This document shows, one piece after another, positions 1 through 11,110 of a stretch of DNA of 46,537 bases. Where the stretch lies: positions 44,821 through 91,357 of the forward strand of contig NW_025215330.1 in assembly GCF_004010195.1 (NCBI RefSeq), in the 5' to 3' direction. A model generated the notes under the pieces. It was not told the origin of the DNA. It was given only the letters and a program-made list of their open reading frames with translations, and did not search any database. The first letter of the stretch is position 1; every line of letters begins with the position of its first letter. A program made the translations under genes and the position numbers. The stretch is from Chiloscyllium plagiosum. Its lineage: Eukaryota.

Positions 1-423
1 GTTGTCGTGTATCCTCCGGCCCGGGACCGTGTAGGACTGGTCCGGGTGGATCATGTGGGCCAGCACGGAGGCCAGGCGAGAAGACAACACCCTGGCACAG
101 ATTTTGTAATCCGTGCTGAGGAGGGAGACCGGACGCCAGTTCTTTAAGGAACGAAGGTCCCCCTTCTTTGGCAGCAGGACGATGACTGCCCTGCGCCAAG
201 AAAGGGGCAGCAGTCCGGCATTTAGGCACTCCCCCAGGACCTGTGCGTAGTCGCTCCCCAGGACGTCCCAGAACGCCCTGAAGAACTCCACAGTCAGCCC
301 GTCCAGCCCCGGGGTTTTGCCCCTCGAGAGCCGGTCGAGGGCGTCGGTCAGCTCCTCTAAGGTGACGGGAGCGTCGAGCCTTCCGGCATCCTCCGGGCTG
401 AGCTGCGGCAGGTCCTCCCACAG
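1..423 (-). mobile_element. Tx1/L1-clade non-LTR retrotransposon ORF2 fragment (N-terminal part of reverse transcriptase), runs off the window start
   Basis: Minus-strand stop-free frame of 141 codons, not in the ORF track: LWEDLPQLSPEDAGRLDAPVTLEELTDALDRLSRGKTPGLDGLTVEFFRAFWDVLG...VIVLLPKKGDLRSLKNWRPVSLLSTDYKICARVLSSRL...IHPDQSYTVPGRRIHDN. KTPGLDG..EF, NWRPVSLL.DYK and HPDQ..VPGR.I.DN are typical Tx1/L1 RT motifs. GC-rich relative to the flank. Confidence 0.9.
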
Positions 424-589
424 CAATGGCATATTCATTCTGTTCCTGACCCTTCAGTCCCACGGGCATCAATTTTTTCAACATTCCAATTTCAGACCTT
501 CTCTCATCCAGGTGAAGGAATTGGACCCTGACAATTCCATTTACACTGTCTCTCATCAATCTTCATAGGATCCATATCGCAGAGGTTAA

Positions 590-1540
590 TCAGTGTTCCC
601 AGCAAACTTTCCCAGGGCAGAGGGAGCACAGGTTTTCAGACAAAGTAAAGCTTTATTTAAACTGCACCCACTTAACTCTCCAGGGCAGGTAGAGAAAACA
701 GTTCGATGCAGAGTAAAACTCCCTGTACACTGCAGCGTTTCACATTGCCAGGCCATGTTCAGTGTGGCGTTAGGTACTGATCAAATCTCCCACTTTCCCC
801 ATCCTGTTCACGTCAAACACACTCAGGGCAGTTTCATCACTGGGTTAGATACAAATTTCTCCACCTGAATTTCCCAGAGTCTGGGGAGAATGGGGTTCGA
901 TACAGAGTCAAGATCTGTCCATATTGTCCACATCGGACACTCCCAGGACAGGGACGACATGGGGCTATATACAGAGTAAATCTCCCTCCATACTGCCCAC
1001 GTCAAATACTCCCAGGACAGGTATAACATGGGGCTAGATACAGAGTAAAGACCCATCTGCACTGTACATCTCAAACACTCACAGGATAGGGACAGCACGG
1101 CGTGAGGTACAAAGTAAGGCAGCATTGTAGACAGTGCAAATGGTACCTTAACATTACAAAGGGATATTGATAGACTGGGTAAATGGGCAAAGCTGCATCA
1201 GTTGTTCAGGTTAAATCAGTGATAGATACATTTTTGTTCAGTGAAGACATTGAGGGATATAGGCCAAAGGAAGGAATGTGGAGTTAAGCCAAATATAAGT
1301 CATGATGCCATTGACTGATGCAACAGAGTCGAGGGGCTGAATGGCCTCCTCCTGTTCCTATGTTACAAATTGTCCCCATCAAACACTCTCAGGGCAGGAA
1401 CAGGATGGGGTTAGATACACAATGAAGCTGCCTTTTACTGGACCCCCATCAACTATTCCAAGGGCAGGGCCAGCACAGAGTTAGATAAAGAGTCAAGCTC
1501 ACTCTCTCTCCCCGCACTGTCCGGATCAACCACTCCCGGG
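590..1540. repeat. Degenerate ~69-bp tandem minisatellite (gggttagatacagagtaaa...cactgtccccatcaaacactcccaggacag), interrupted by CR1 fragments at ~1125-1365
   Basis: Motif gggNtagatacagagtaaa recurs at ~893, 961, 1030, 1100 and again at ~1408 and ~1478. Confidence 0.8.
1125..1365 (+). mobile_element. Decayed CR1-like LINE fragments (RT piece plus 3' end)
   Basis: ttacaaagggatattgatagactgggtaaatgggca (LQRDIDRLGKWA) and the tail gaggggctgaatggcctcctcctgttcctatg parallel the CR1 copy at 40960-43644. Confidence 0.65.
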
Positions 1541-1892
1541 TTTGTTTAATATTTGAAAATGCTCATTTTATTCTGTCATTCCTTGCCCCTCAATAACTCT
1601 GTTTGTGTGTGCGTGTGTTTGTCTCTGGGAGAGAGGGGGAGAGAGAGATAGGGAGTGACCAGGGACCTGCATTCGTGGGTCAGGTCCCCTTGTACTCCAG
1701 TATTACACCTTATCTTCTGGATCCGTGTACAGAAATCACAGAAAGCTAACGTGATGGTGTCATCAAATATTAGGATGGTTTTCCAATTATTACCAGGACA
1801 TGGGACTAGGGAAGTGAGGAAGCCTTGCTGTGTCTGCAGACTTAGTTTGCAGGGGCAGTGAGTGATCAGGAAGGCAAAGGGATTATTGTTGT

Positions 1893-2003
1893 CATTCGTT
1901 CATGGGATGTGAGCATCACTGGCTGGGCCCAGCATTTATCCCTCATTCCCACCAGCCCTTGAGGAGGTGGGAAGGAGCTGCCTTATTGAACCGCTGCACT
2001 CCA
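1893..2003 (-). mobile_element. 3' tail of an L2/CR1-group LINE or its partner SINE
   Basis: catgggatgtgagcatcactggctgggccc...ccttattgaaccgctgca matches the copies at 5590-5858 and 37125-37265 and, reverse-complemented, 34705-34770. Confidence 0.6.
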
Positions 2004-2099
2004 TCAAATTAATGTTTCTGGAGAAACAGAATGCAGCGAAAATTAAACTCCAGCTTTCTCTGTTCCTGCTCCCAATTTAATATTCAACCGTTTAGTTTA

Positions 2100-4565
2100 T
2101 ACTGAGTTAGAGACTGGAATTTTATCGATGGTCTCAGCGAGATTATGTATTTCAGAACACAACAGGGAGTGAGTTTCAGTCTGAAATCTAACTGAGGGAT
2201 TTGGGCTACTTTCTATACAGAGTCGCAGGTACCAGTGAGTGAGTTACAGGTCGGGGTACAGTGTGGGTCACATATTGCCTAACCAATACGGGGGAGCGAA
2301 TCTAATTGAGGAGGTTGGGCTTTTTATATATCGAATCACAGATACTTGAGAGTGATGCACAGGCTGGAATGTGATCGAAGGATTCGAGGAGGTTTATACA
2401 TATAATAACAAATAACAAAGGAATGATTTACTGATTGGAATCTTATAGAGATGATCGAGGGATTCATATTTAGAATAGCAGATAAATGAAAGTTAGTTAC
2501 ACATTGGAATTTTATCGTGGTGTTTGGGGTGTTCATTTATAGAATAACAAATACTCATGAATGTCATACAGACTGGAATGTAATCAAGGGGATTGGGGGG
2601 CTTTATATGTGGAATAACTGAAAACCCAATACTGTCTCTCATGCACAATCACACTATTTTTCTCTCTCATGTAGAATCTCATCATCTGTCTCATACATAA
2701 TCCCAGTTTCTCACCCACTCTCATACACCGTTTCACCATGTTTCCCTCTCATTTACAACCTATTTCTCTCTCACATGCTCAGTCTCACAGTCTCTCTGTC
2801 AAACACAATCTCACTCTCTCTCCCATACCCAATCTACACCAGTAAGTTCCCGGCAGACATTTCATGTAAGCACAGCACTGGTATGGACTTTACAAAGAGA
2901 CGAGCAACATCAGTACAGTTTGTTACTTGCCTATTTCTCTCTCTCTCTCTCTCTGTGTTTCTGACCTGACTGCAAGCGAGCATGTCTGTGTGTGTGTTCA
3001 TCTGAGTGAAAGGTTTGAGTGTCAATGATTTTATGATGGAATTCCTAACTCTCCCTCACATACAGACACAATCTCACACATGAGCTGACACCTACACACG
3101 CACTAACACATACGTTAACAAACAGTAACAAAGAAACACACACATACATGCTCATACACTCACACGCTCTCATACACACACGTTTTCACACAACCACACA
3201 CATGCACACTTACGGTCTTTTACTCGTTCTCACTCACTCTTCCACTCAGTATGGGTTCAGGAGGTATATGTATCAAATAACAGATAGCCGGAAGTGGGTA
3301 ACAACATGGAACCTAATTGAAGGTTCCGTGGGGAATTACACAGAGAGTAACAGGGAAAGGGGATTGAGTACAGACAGGAATCTAATTGAGTTCTGGACGA
3401 TTTATGTATGGAATAACATAGAGTTCATAAAAGAGTTACAGACAAGAATCTAATCGGTGTTGGGGTGGGGAGTGGGGTGGTGGTGGTGATGTGGGGTTCG
3501 GGAGTAGACGTTGTATACATAATGGCAGATACCTGGGTGTGAGTGACAGACTTGAATCTAATCGAGCTTTGGGGGTTGATTCATCCACCCAGTAACTGAT
3601 GCCTGGGAATGAGTTGCAGGCAGGAATCTAATCAAGTGTATCCGGCAGGTTAAACACAGAGTGTCAGGTACCCAGGACTGTGTTACAGACTGGAATCGAA
3701 TTGAATAGTTCAATGTGGTTTTTATACAGAGTAACAGTTATTCAGGAGTGAGTTATCGAGATGATATAAATTATAGAGCCATACAGCATGGAAACAGGTC
3801 CTTCGATCCAACTGGTCCATGCTGACCCGTTTTTCTGCACTGTGCTGACCCCATTTGCACCATTTGGGGTGTTTCAGAACTGGAAGCACAGACTTATGGA
3901 AATGAGGTACACATTGGAATCTAATTGGCTCATGGTAGTTTTCCTGCATAATAAAAAATGACAAATCAAAATCTGACTGAGGGTTTGTGGTGGTTTATGT
4001 CGAGAGTCATAGATAAATGGAAATCAGTAACAGATTGGAATTCTATCACGGGGTGCGGGTGGTTTATATTCAGAATAACAGATAAACAAGTGTGAGTTGC
4101 AGATTGGAATCGAATTGATGGTTCAGGAGGTTTATTTATAAAAAGTACAGACATCCAAGTGTGAGTTCCAAACTGGAATCTACTTGTGGGCTTTGAGGAG
4201 GGTTATATGTAGAATAACTGATACCCGGGAGTTACTTACAGGCTGGAACCTATTCAAGGGTTTGAGATGGTCTACGTAAATAGCCACAGATACCTGGGGA
4301 TGAGTGACATATTGGAATCCTATTGAGGAATTCAGGGTGGTTTGTATATAGAATAACAGAAACCCATGTTTGAGTTACAGTTTGGAATGTAATTGAGGGT
4401 TCTGTGGTGATTTGTGCAAAAAATAAGAGAGACCCGAGAATGAGTTACAGACTGGAATTAGTCAAAGGGCTGGTTTATACACAGAATACTAGAAACGCGA
4501 GAATGTGTTATAGACTGGAATAGAATTGAGGGGAGTGGGTTATTTATATGCAGAACAACCGGATA
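2100..4565. repeat. Degenerate ~65-70-bp tandem minisatellite (gagtgagttacagactggaatctaatcgagggg...gtttatatatagaataacagatacccgg), interrupted by CT/CA-rich low-complexity sequence at ~2630-3245
   Basis: agttacagactggaat.taat and tatagaataacagatacc recur many times, e.g. ~4372, 4441, 4505. Confidence 0.8.
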
Positions 4566-4979
4566 TGAGAGGGGAGAAATCAAGGGATTTAAACATTGAC
4601 TCGGCAGAAATAACTTGGAAAGGGAATTGGAGAGGAGTAATTCACAGGAAGTTAACCTGCTCGTTCCACCAACAAATGATGTGTTCCCTATTTTACCAGG
4701 AATCCGTGTGGGACAGTGAGGAAAAGGTACCAGAGTATTGTTAGTCTACACTGAGACATTTTAATTGATCTGTGATCAGTTTCCTTTTATAGTCATAGAG
4801 TCATAGAGATGTACAGCATGGAAACAGACCTTTCGGTCCTACCTATCCATGCCGACTATTATGTCTTGAAGTCATAAACTTCACTACTTTCAGGTGACTC
4901 CCGACTTGCCTACTTTGAACACCGCCCCCCTCTGTTTTCCCCATTCACTGAAGATATTAATATCCTTTTATAATGGGGC

Positions 4980-5112
4980 CGAAGTGAGAACTGCAGACGC
5001 TGGAGGTTGAAGTCAAGGGATTCCGATGAAGGGCTTTTGCCCGAAACGTCGATTTTCCTGCTCCTCGGATACTGCCTGAGCTGCTGTGTTTTTCCAGCAC
5101 CACAATCTCGAC
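4980..5112 (+). mobile_element. Short Penelope-like terminal-repeat fragment with a mutated hammerhead core (family B)
   Basis: ccgatgaagggcttttgcccgaaacgtcgattttcctgctcctcggatactgcctgagctgctgtgtttttccagca matches the arms of the element at 25003-25235. The core reads CCGAUGA instead of CUGAUGA. Confidence 0.7.
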
Positions 5113-5589
5113 TCCTTTTAAAATGACACTGCCATGCTGGTTACAGTGCTGTCTATCTCGCACTGTCTTATTAACCTTCAATCATGTGTAATTACAATGA
5201 CACCACCAAACACACAACGTTACATCCAACACTTTTGTTTATTTGCAGATGCAGTATTTTCTTTCATTTGGAGACAACACACAATTTGAACTCCCAGCAG
5301 GCCAGAGTGGGATTTGATAAACACTTGATTTAGGGATGGGGCCTAACCACACAGGATTCAGACATGGAAACGGCTTTTGACACATGCCCCTCTCCCTTGC
5401 TGACAGAATTCCAGAGCCAAATGAGTCAGTCAAGCATGTTAGGTGTGTTCCCGGCAGCCAGTTTGTGTTAGCAGAGCACTGACGTTGACTTTATAAATGT
5501 GGAAATGCAATAGAGACGGAAAATATAATTACAGTTTGAAAATATTGAACATTGGTCCCACATTAACATGTCAGATTCTCTGGGTTTTT

Positions 5590-5858
5590 TTATTCATTTG
5601 TGGGAATTGGCCGTCTCTGGCTGGGCCAGCCTTGATAGCCCATCCATATTTGCCCTTGAGAAGGTAATTTCGAGCTGCCTTCTTGATTCGCTGCAGTCCA
5701 CTTGCTGTGGGGTCACCCACAATCCCGATAGGGAGGGATTTCCAGCAGTTTGACACAACAACTGTGAAGGAATACCAGTATATTTCCAAGTGAGGGTGGT
5801 GAGTGGCTTGGTGGGTAACTTGCAGCTGGTGGAGTTCCCAAGTAGCTGCTGCCCTTGT
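5590..5858 (-). mobile_element. Decayed L2/CR1-group LINE 3' end
   Basis: Minus frame ...HHPHLEIY...CWKSLP..IVG.PT.SGLQRIKKAARNYLLKG resembles a LINE ORF2 C-terminus. The tail is shared with 1893-2003 and 37125-37265. Confidence 0.65.
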
Positions 5859-5860
5859 CA

Positions 5861-7007
5861 CAGAGTCATAGAGATGTACAGCAAGAAAACAGACTCTTCA
5901 GTTCTACTCGTCCATGCCGACCAGATATCACAACCCAATCTCTTCCCACCTGCCATCACCTGGTCCATATCCCTCCAAACCCTTCATATTCATATACCCA
6001 TCCAGATGCCTTTTAAATGTTGCAATTGTACCAGCCTCCACCACCTACTCTGGCAGCTCATTCCATCTCACCCGAAAACTATGCCCTCTAGTTCCGACAT
6101 TCCTATTTCAAGGAAGAGACTTTGTTTATTTATCCTATGCATGCCCCTCATGATTTTATAAATCTCTATAAGGTCACCCCTCAGCCTCAGGCCTGCAGTG
6201 AAAACAGCTCCAGCCTATTTAACCTCTCTTCCTATCGCTCAAATCCTCCACCCCTAACAACCTGCTTGAAAATCTTTTCTGAACACTTTCAAATTTCACA
6301 CCATCTTTCCAATAGGAAGGAGACCAAAACAGCACGCAATATTCCAACAGTGGCCTAACCAATGTCCTGTACAGCCACAACATGACCGCCCAACTCCTCT
6401 ACTCAAGACTCTATCCAATAAAGGAAAGTATACCAAGCGCCTTGTTCACTATCCTATCTACCTGTTCCTCCACCTTCAACGAGCTATGAACCTGCACTCC
6501 AAGGTCCCTTTGTTCAGCAACACTCCCCAGCATCTTACCATTAAATGTATAAGTCCTGCTAAGATTTGCTTTCCCAAAATGCTGCACCTCACATTTATCT
6601 AAATTAATCTCCATCTGCCACTTCTCAGCCCACTGGCACATCTGATCAATATCATGTTGTAATCTGAGGTAACCTTATTTGCTGTCCACTATACGTCCAT
6701 TTCTGCTGCCATCTGCAAACTTACTAACTGTACCTCTCATGCTCACATCCAAATCATTTTTGTAATGACGAAAAGTAGTGGACCCAGCACTGATCTTGCG
6801 GCACTCCACTGGTCACAGAACTCCAGACTGAAATAACAGCCCTCCACCACCATTCTCTGTTTTCTACCTTTGAGCCAGGTCTGTATCCAAATGAACTAAT
6901 TCTTCCTGCATTCCATGAGATCTAACCTTGCTAACCAGTGTCCCATTGGGCATCCTTGTGGAATGCCTTGCTGAAGTCCGTATAGTTCATAACTACTGCT
7001 CTGCCCT
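5861..7007 (-). mobile_element. Decayed CR1/HER1-like LINE, 3' part (RT C-terminal region to 3' end)
   Basis: ORF 6411-6641 (QWAEKWQMEINLDKCEVQHFG...EQRDLGVQVHSSLKV) is typical CR1 ORF2. Reverse-complemented 3' tail agagtcatagagatgtacagca at ~5862. Ends at a 9-N gap (7008-7016). Confidence 0.9.
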
Positions 7008-7214
7008 NNNNNNNNNGTGTCTGGAAGAACTCAGTGAGGAGAGCGTTAGCCCCTCCGATCTAAGCGGGTTCACGCATCCTTCAGGCACATCGTTGATTGG
7101 CCTTCACTGAAACAACCCCGAAACGCCGTGTGGCTGCTTTCCATGCTGTCATCTGTCTCCAAGTCCCTGGCTCTATCTGACAGTGTGTTCAACAAGGGTA
7201 ACTGACAGGTTACA

Positions 7215-10200
7215 TTGAGCATGGTGAAATTGGAGAATCATTCCAAGGAACAACTAAATGGAAGAATTCGGCAAGGGCTTATCGAAATAAGAGAATTTGG
7301 AACAGGACATCCGATAATGGCAAATTGGTGCATTGAGCACCAAATTGGAGAATTTCAGTTTAGCAGTAAATGGGAGAATTGGAGCAGTGTAGCACTAAAT
7401 GGGAGAATTGGGACAGGAAAATACTTAATGTGGGAATGAGAGTAGGGCACCCCTAAATTGGGCGAGGGCATCAATCAGTATGAGGATTGGTGTAAGGCAA
7501 AACTGAACAGAGAACTTGTCCAGGACGTCAGTAATTGAGGGAAATGGTGCTGAGCAACAATGAATTGGAGAATGGTGCGGGCCATCAGTAAATGAGGGAC
7601 CTGATACACCATGGAGCTAAATTACAGAATGGGTGCATGGCAACAGTAAATGGGAGAATTAAAGTACGGCACCCTTCAATGGTAGAATCCGGCTCAGGCA
7701 TCAGTAAATGGAAGAATTAGTACAAGGATATGAGTAAATGGGAGATTTGGTGGAAATCAAAAAATGGGAGACTTTTACAAAGTGCTGTTACATTAGAAAA
7801 TTGGTTGGAGTGCCAATATATTAGAAAATTGGAGCAGAGCATGCCTAAATTGGGGAATAGGGTCCGGGGAATCAATAAAAAGAAGAAATGTTGCAAGCAT
7901 CGGTAAATTGGAGATTCAGTTCAGTGCATTACGAAATGGAAAAAAAAAACAGGGCATCCGTGCTTGGAAGATGTGTATCAGGAAACAATTAAATGGAAGG
8001 AATTGATGCAGGGCGACAATAATTGGAGAATTTATGCAGGTGCCAATAAATTCTAAGTGTGAGGACTGTGGCAGGATAACATGCAATGGGTGAGTTTGTG
8101 AAATTCCCGAATTAGTGCAGGATTGCTAAATGGAAGAATTGGTGCAGGGAAGCGGGGCACTAATTACAGCCTTAGAGATGTACAGCACGTGAACAACCCC
8201 ATTGAGTCCGACTTGTCCACGCCTAAATTTAAGAATTCTGGCAGCTCTCCACTAAATTGGAGAAACATTGCAAGAAACTACTAAGTGGAAAAAAAATGGG
8301 AAATGGATTAACGAAATGTGTGAATTTGCAACAGCGCATCAAATAATGGGTGAATAAGTGCAGTTCAGCACGAAATGGGTGAGTTATGCTGTGTCGCACT
8401 AAATGGGAGAATTGGGGCAGGACAATACCTTTTGAGAGATTTAGAGCAGGTCACCCCTAAATTGGGCGAGGGCATCAGTCAATATGAGGATTGGTGTCAG
8501 GCAAAACTGTATGGAGAACTGGTTCAGGGCGTCAGTAATTTGGGGAAATGGGGCTAAGCAACACTGAATTGGAGAATTGGAAAATTGGAGCAGAGCATGT
8601 CAAAATTAGTGAACAGGGGGCAGGGAATCAATAAAAAGATGAAATGTTGCCAGAATTGGAAAATTGGAGATTCAGTTCAGTGCATCAGAAAATGGAAAAA
8701 AAAAATCAGCAAGTCATCAGTACGTGGAAGATGTGTATCAGGGAACAACTAACTGTAAGGAGTTGTTGCAGGGCAACAATAACTGGAGATTTCATGCAGG
8801 TGCCATTTAATTCGAAGTGGGAGGACTGGGGCAGGATAACCTCAATGGGCGAGTTGGTGAAATTCCCGATTTAGTGCAGGATTGGTAAATGGGAGAATTG
8901 GTGCAAGGAAGCTGAGCACTAATTACAGCCTTAGAGATATACAGGACGGAAACAGACCCTTCAGTCCAACGTTTACACGCCCAAATGTAAGAATTCTGGC
9001 AGCTCTCCACTAAATTGGAGAATCATTACAAGGAACTACTAAATGGAAAAAAATTGGAAAGAGCTTATCGAAATCTAAGAGTTTGCGACAGGGCATCAGA
9101 GAATGGGAGAATTCGTGCAGTTCAGCACTAATGGGTCAGTGATGTTAAGTTGCACAAAATGGGAGAATTGGAGCAGGACGATACATTTTGGGAGATTTAG
9201 AGGAGGGCACCTCTAAATTGGGAGAGGGTTTCAGTCAGTAGGAAGATTGGGGTAGGAAAGCACTGAGGGGAGAGAACTTGTTCAGGACATAATTAATTGG
9301 GGAAATGGTGCTCAGCAACACTGAATTTGAGAGTTTGTGTGGGATATCAGGAAATCAAAGAATCTGGTGCAGGGCGCTGATAACTTCGAGAATTGGAACA
9401 AATGGGAGAACACGGTCAGTGAATCAGGAAATAGGACAAATGTTGCAGAGGATTAGTGGTCCAGATTCAGTACAGTGAACCACGAAATGGGGGAGTTGGT
9501 GCAGTTCACCAGTGAAAGGAGGATATGTGTAGGATTGGCAATTTGGAGATGTGATGCAGGGATCGTCAAAATTAGAGAATTCTGGCAGAATTGTTGCAGG
9601 GAAATACGGAATGGGAGAACTGGTGCACAGTGGAGCTAAATTAGAGAATGGGTGCATGGCACCAGGAAATGGGAGAATTAGAGTAGCGCACTCTGAAATG
9701 GTAGAATCGGGCTCGGGCATCAGTAAATGGAAGAATTAGTACAACGATATGAAGAAAAAGGAGATTGGGTGGGAATCAATAAATGGGAGATAAGGTGCAT
9801 AGTGCTATTACATTGGAAACAGGTGCGAACAGACACTTCAGTCCAACTTGTCAATGATTCAATTTTAGAATTCTGGCAGCGCTCCACGAACTTGGAGAAC
9901 CATTCCAAGGAACTACTAAATGGAAGAATTGGGGAAGGGCTTATTGAAATAAGAGAATTTGGAATGGGGCACCCGTTCATGGGAGAATTGGTGCCGTTGG
10001 CACCAAATGGGAGAATTGCAGGTTCGCGCTAAATGGAGAATGGGTGCAGCGTAGCACCAAATGGCAGAATTCAGGCACGACAATACTTGTGGCGGGAGTG
10101 AGAGTAGGGCACCTCTAAATTGGGCGAGCGCATTATTCAATATGAGGATTGGTGGAAGGCAAAACTGAATGGAGAACTTGTTCAGGACGTCAGTAATTGG

Positions 10201-11110
10201 GGAAAAGGTGCTAAGCAACACTGAATTGGAGATTTGATGCAGGCCATCAGTAAATGAGAGACCTGCTGCACAGTGAAGCAAAATTAGAGAATTGGTGCAT
10301 GGCAACAGTAAATGGGAGAATTAGAGTAGCGCACCCTTAAATGGTAGAATCAGGCTCGGGCATCAGTAAATGGAAGAATTAGTACAGGGATATGAGTAAA
10401 TGGGAGACTTGGTGGTAACAATAAATGGGAGATCCTGTGCAAAGTGTCATTACATTAGAAAATTGGTGTGAGTGCCAATATATTAGAAAATTGGAGCAGA
10501 GCATGTCTAAATTGGGGAACTGGGGGCAGCCAATCAATAAAGAGAAGAAATGTTACAAGCATCGGTAAATTGGAGATTCAGTTCAGAGCACCACTAAATG
10601 AAAACAATTCAGCAGGGCATCCGTACGTGGAAGATGTGTATCAGGGAACAACGAAATGGAAGGAATTGATGCAGGGCATCAATATTGGAGATTTCATGCA
10701 GGTGCCTTTAAATTCTAAGTTGGAGGACTGGGGCAGGAGAACACTCAGTGCGAGAGTTGGTGTAGGTTCCCGTATTTGAGTGGGATTGGGAAATGGGAGA
10801 ATTGGTGCAGGGAAGCTGAGCACTAATTACAGCATTAGAGATGTACAGGACGGAAACAGACCCTTCAGTCCAACTTGTACACGCCTAAATTTAAGAATTC
10901 TGGCAGCTCGCCACTAAATTGGAGAATCATTGCAAGGAACTACTAAATGTAAAAAAAATTGGAAAGAGCTTATCGAAATCTAAGAGTTTGCGACAGGGCA
11001 TCAGAGAATGGGAATATTAGTGCAGTCCAGCACTAATGGGTCAGTTATCTTAAGTGGCAAAAAATGGGAGAATTGGAGCAGGACGATACATTGTGGGAGA
11101 TTTAGAGGAG
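7215..11110. repeat. Complex repeat: degenerate 29-bp unit (aaatgggagaattggtgcagggcatcagt) arranged in ~0.75-1.03-kb blocks and a ~2.66-kb higher-order duplication
   Basis: aaatgggagaattgg at 7368 and 7397 (period 29). Block marker ttggaga..cattNcaagNaactactaa at ~7230, 8258, 9015, 9892, 10920. actaattacagc.ttagagat.tacag at ~8159, 8918, 10822. Confidence 0.85.

Noticed and set aside
2869..2900. V(D)J recombination signal (cacagca...acaaag)
   Set aside because: Heptamer and nonamer are both poor, spacing is not 12 or 23, and there is no adjacent V/J segment.
5239..5433. Cys-containing ORF ending ERKYCICK, reminiscent of a C-type lectin end
   Set aside because: No other lectin motifs or partner exons found.
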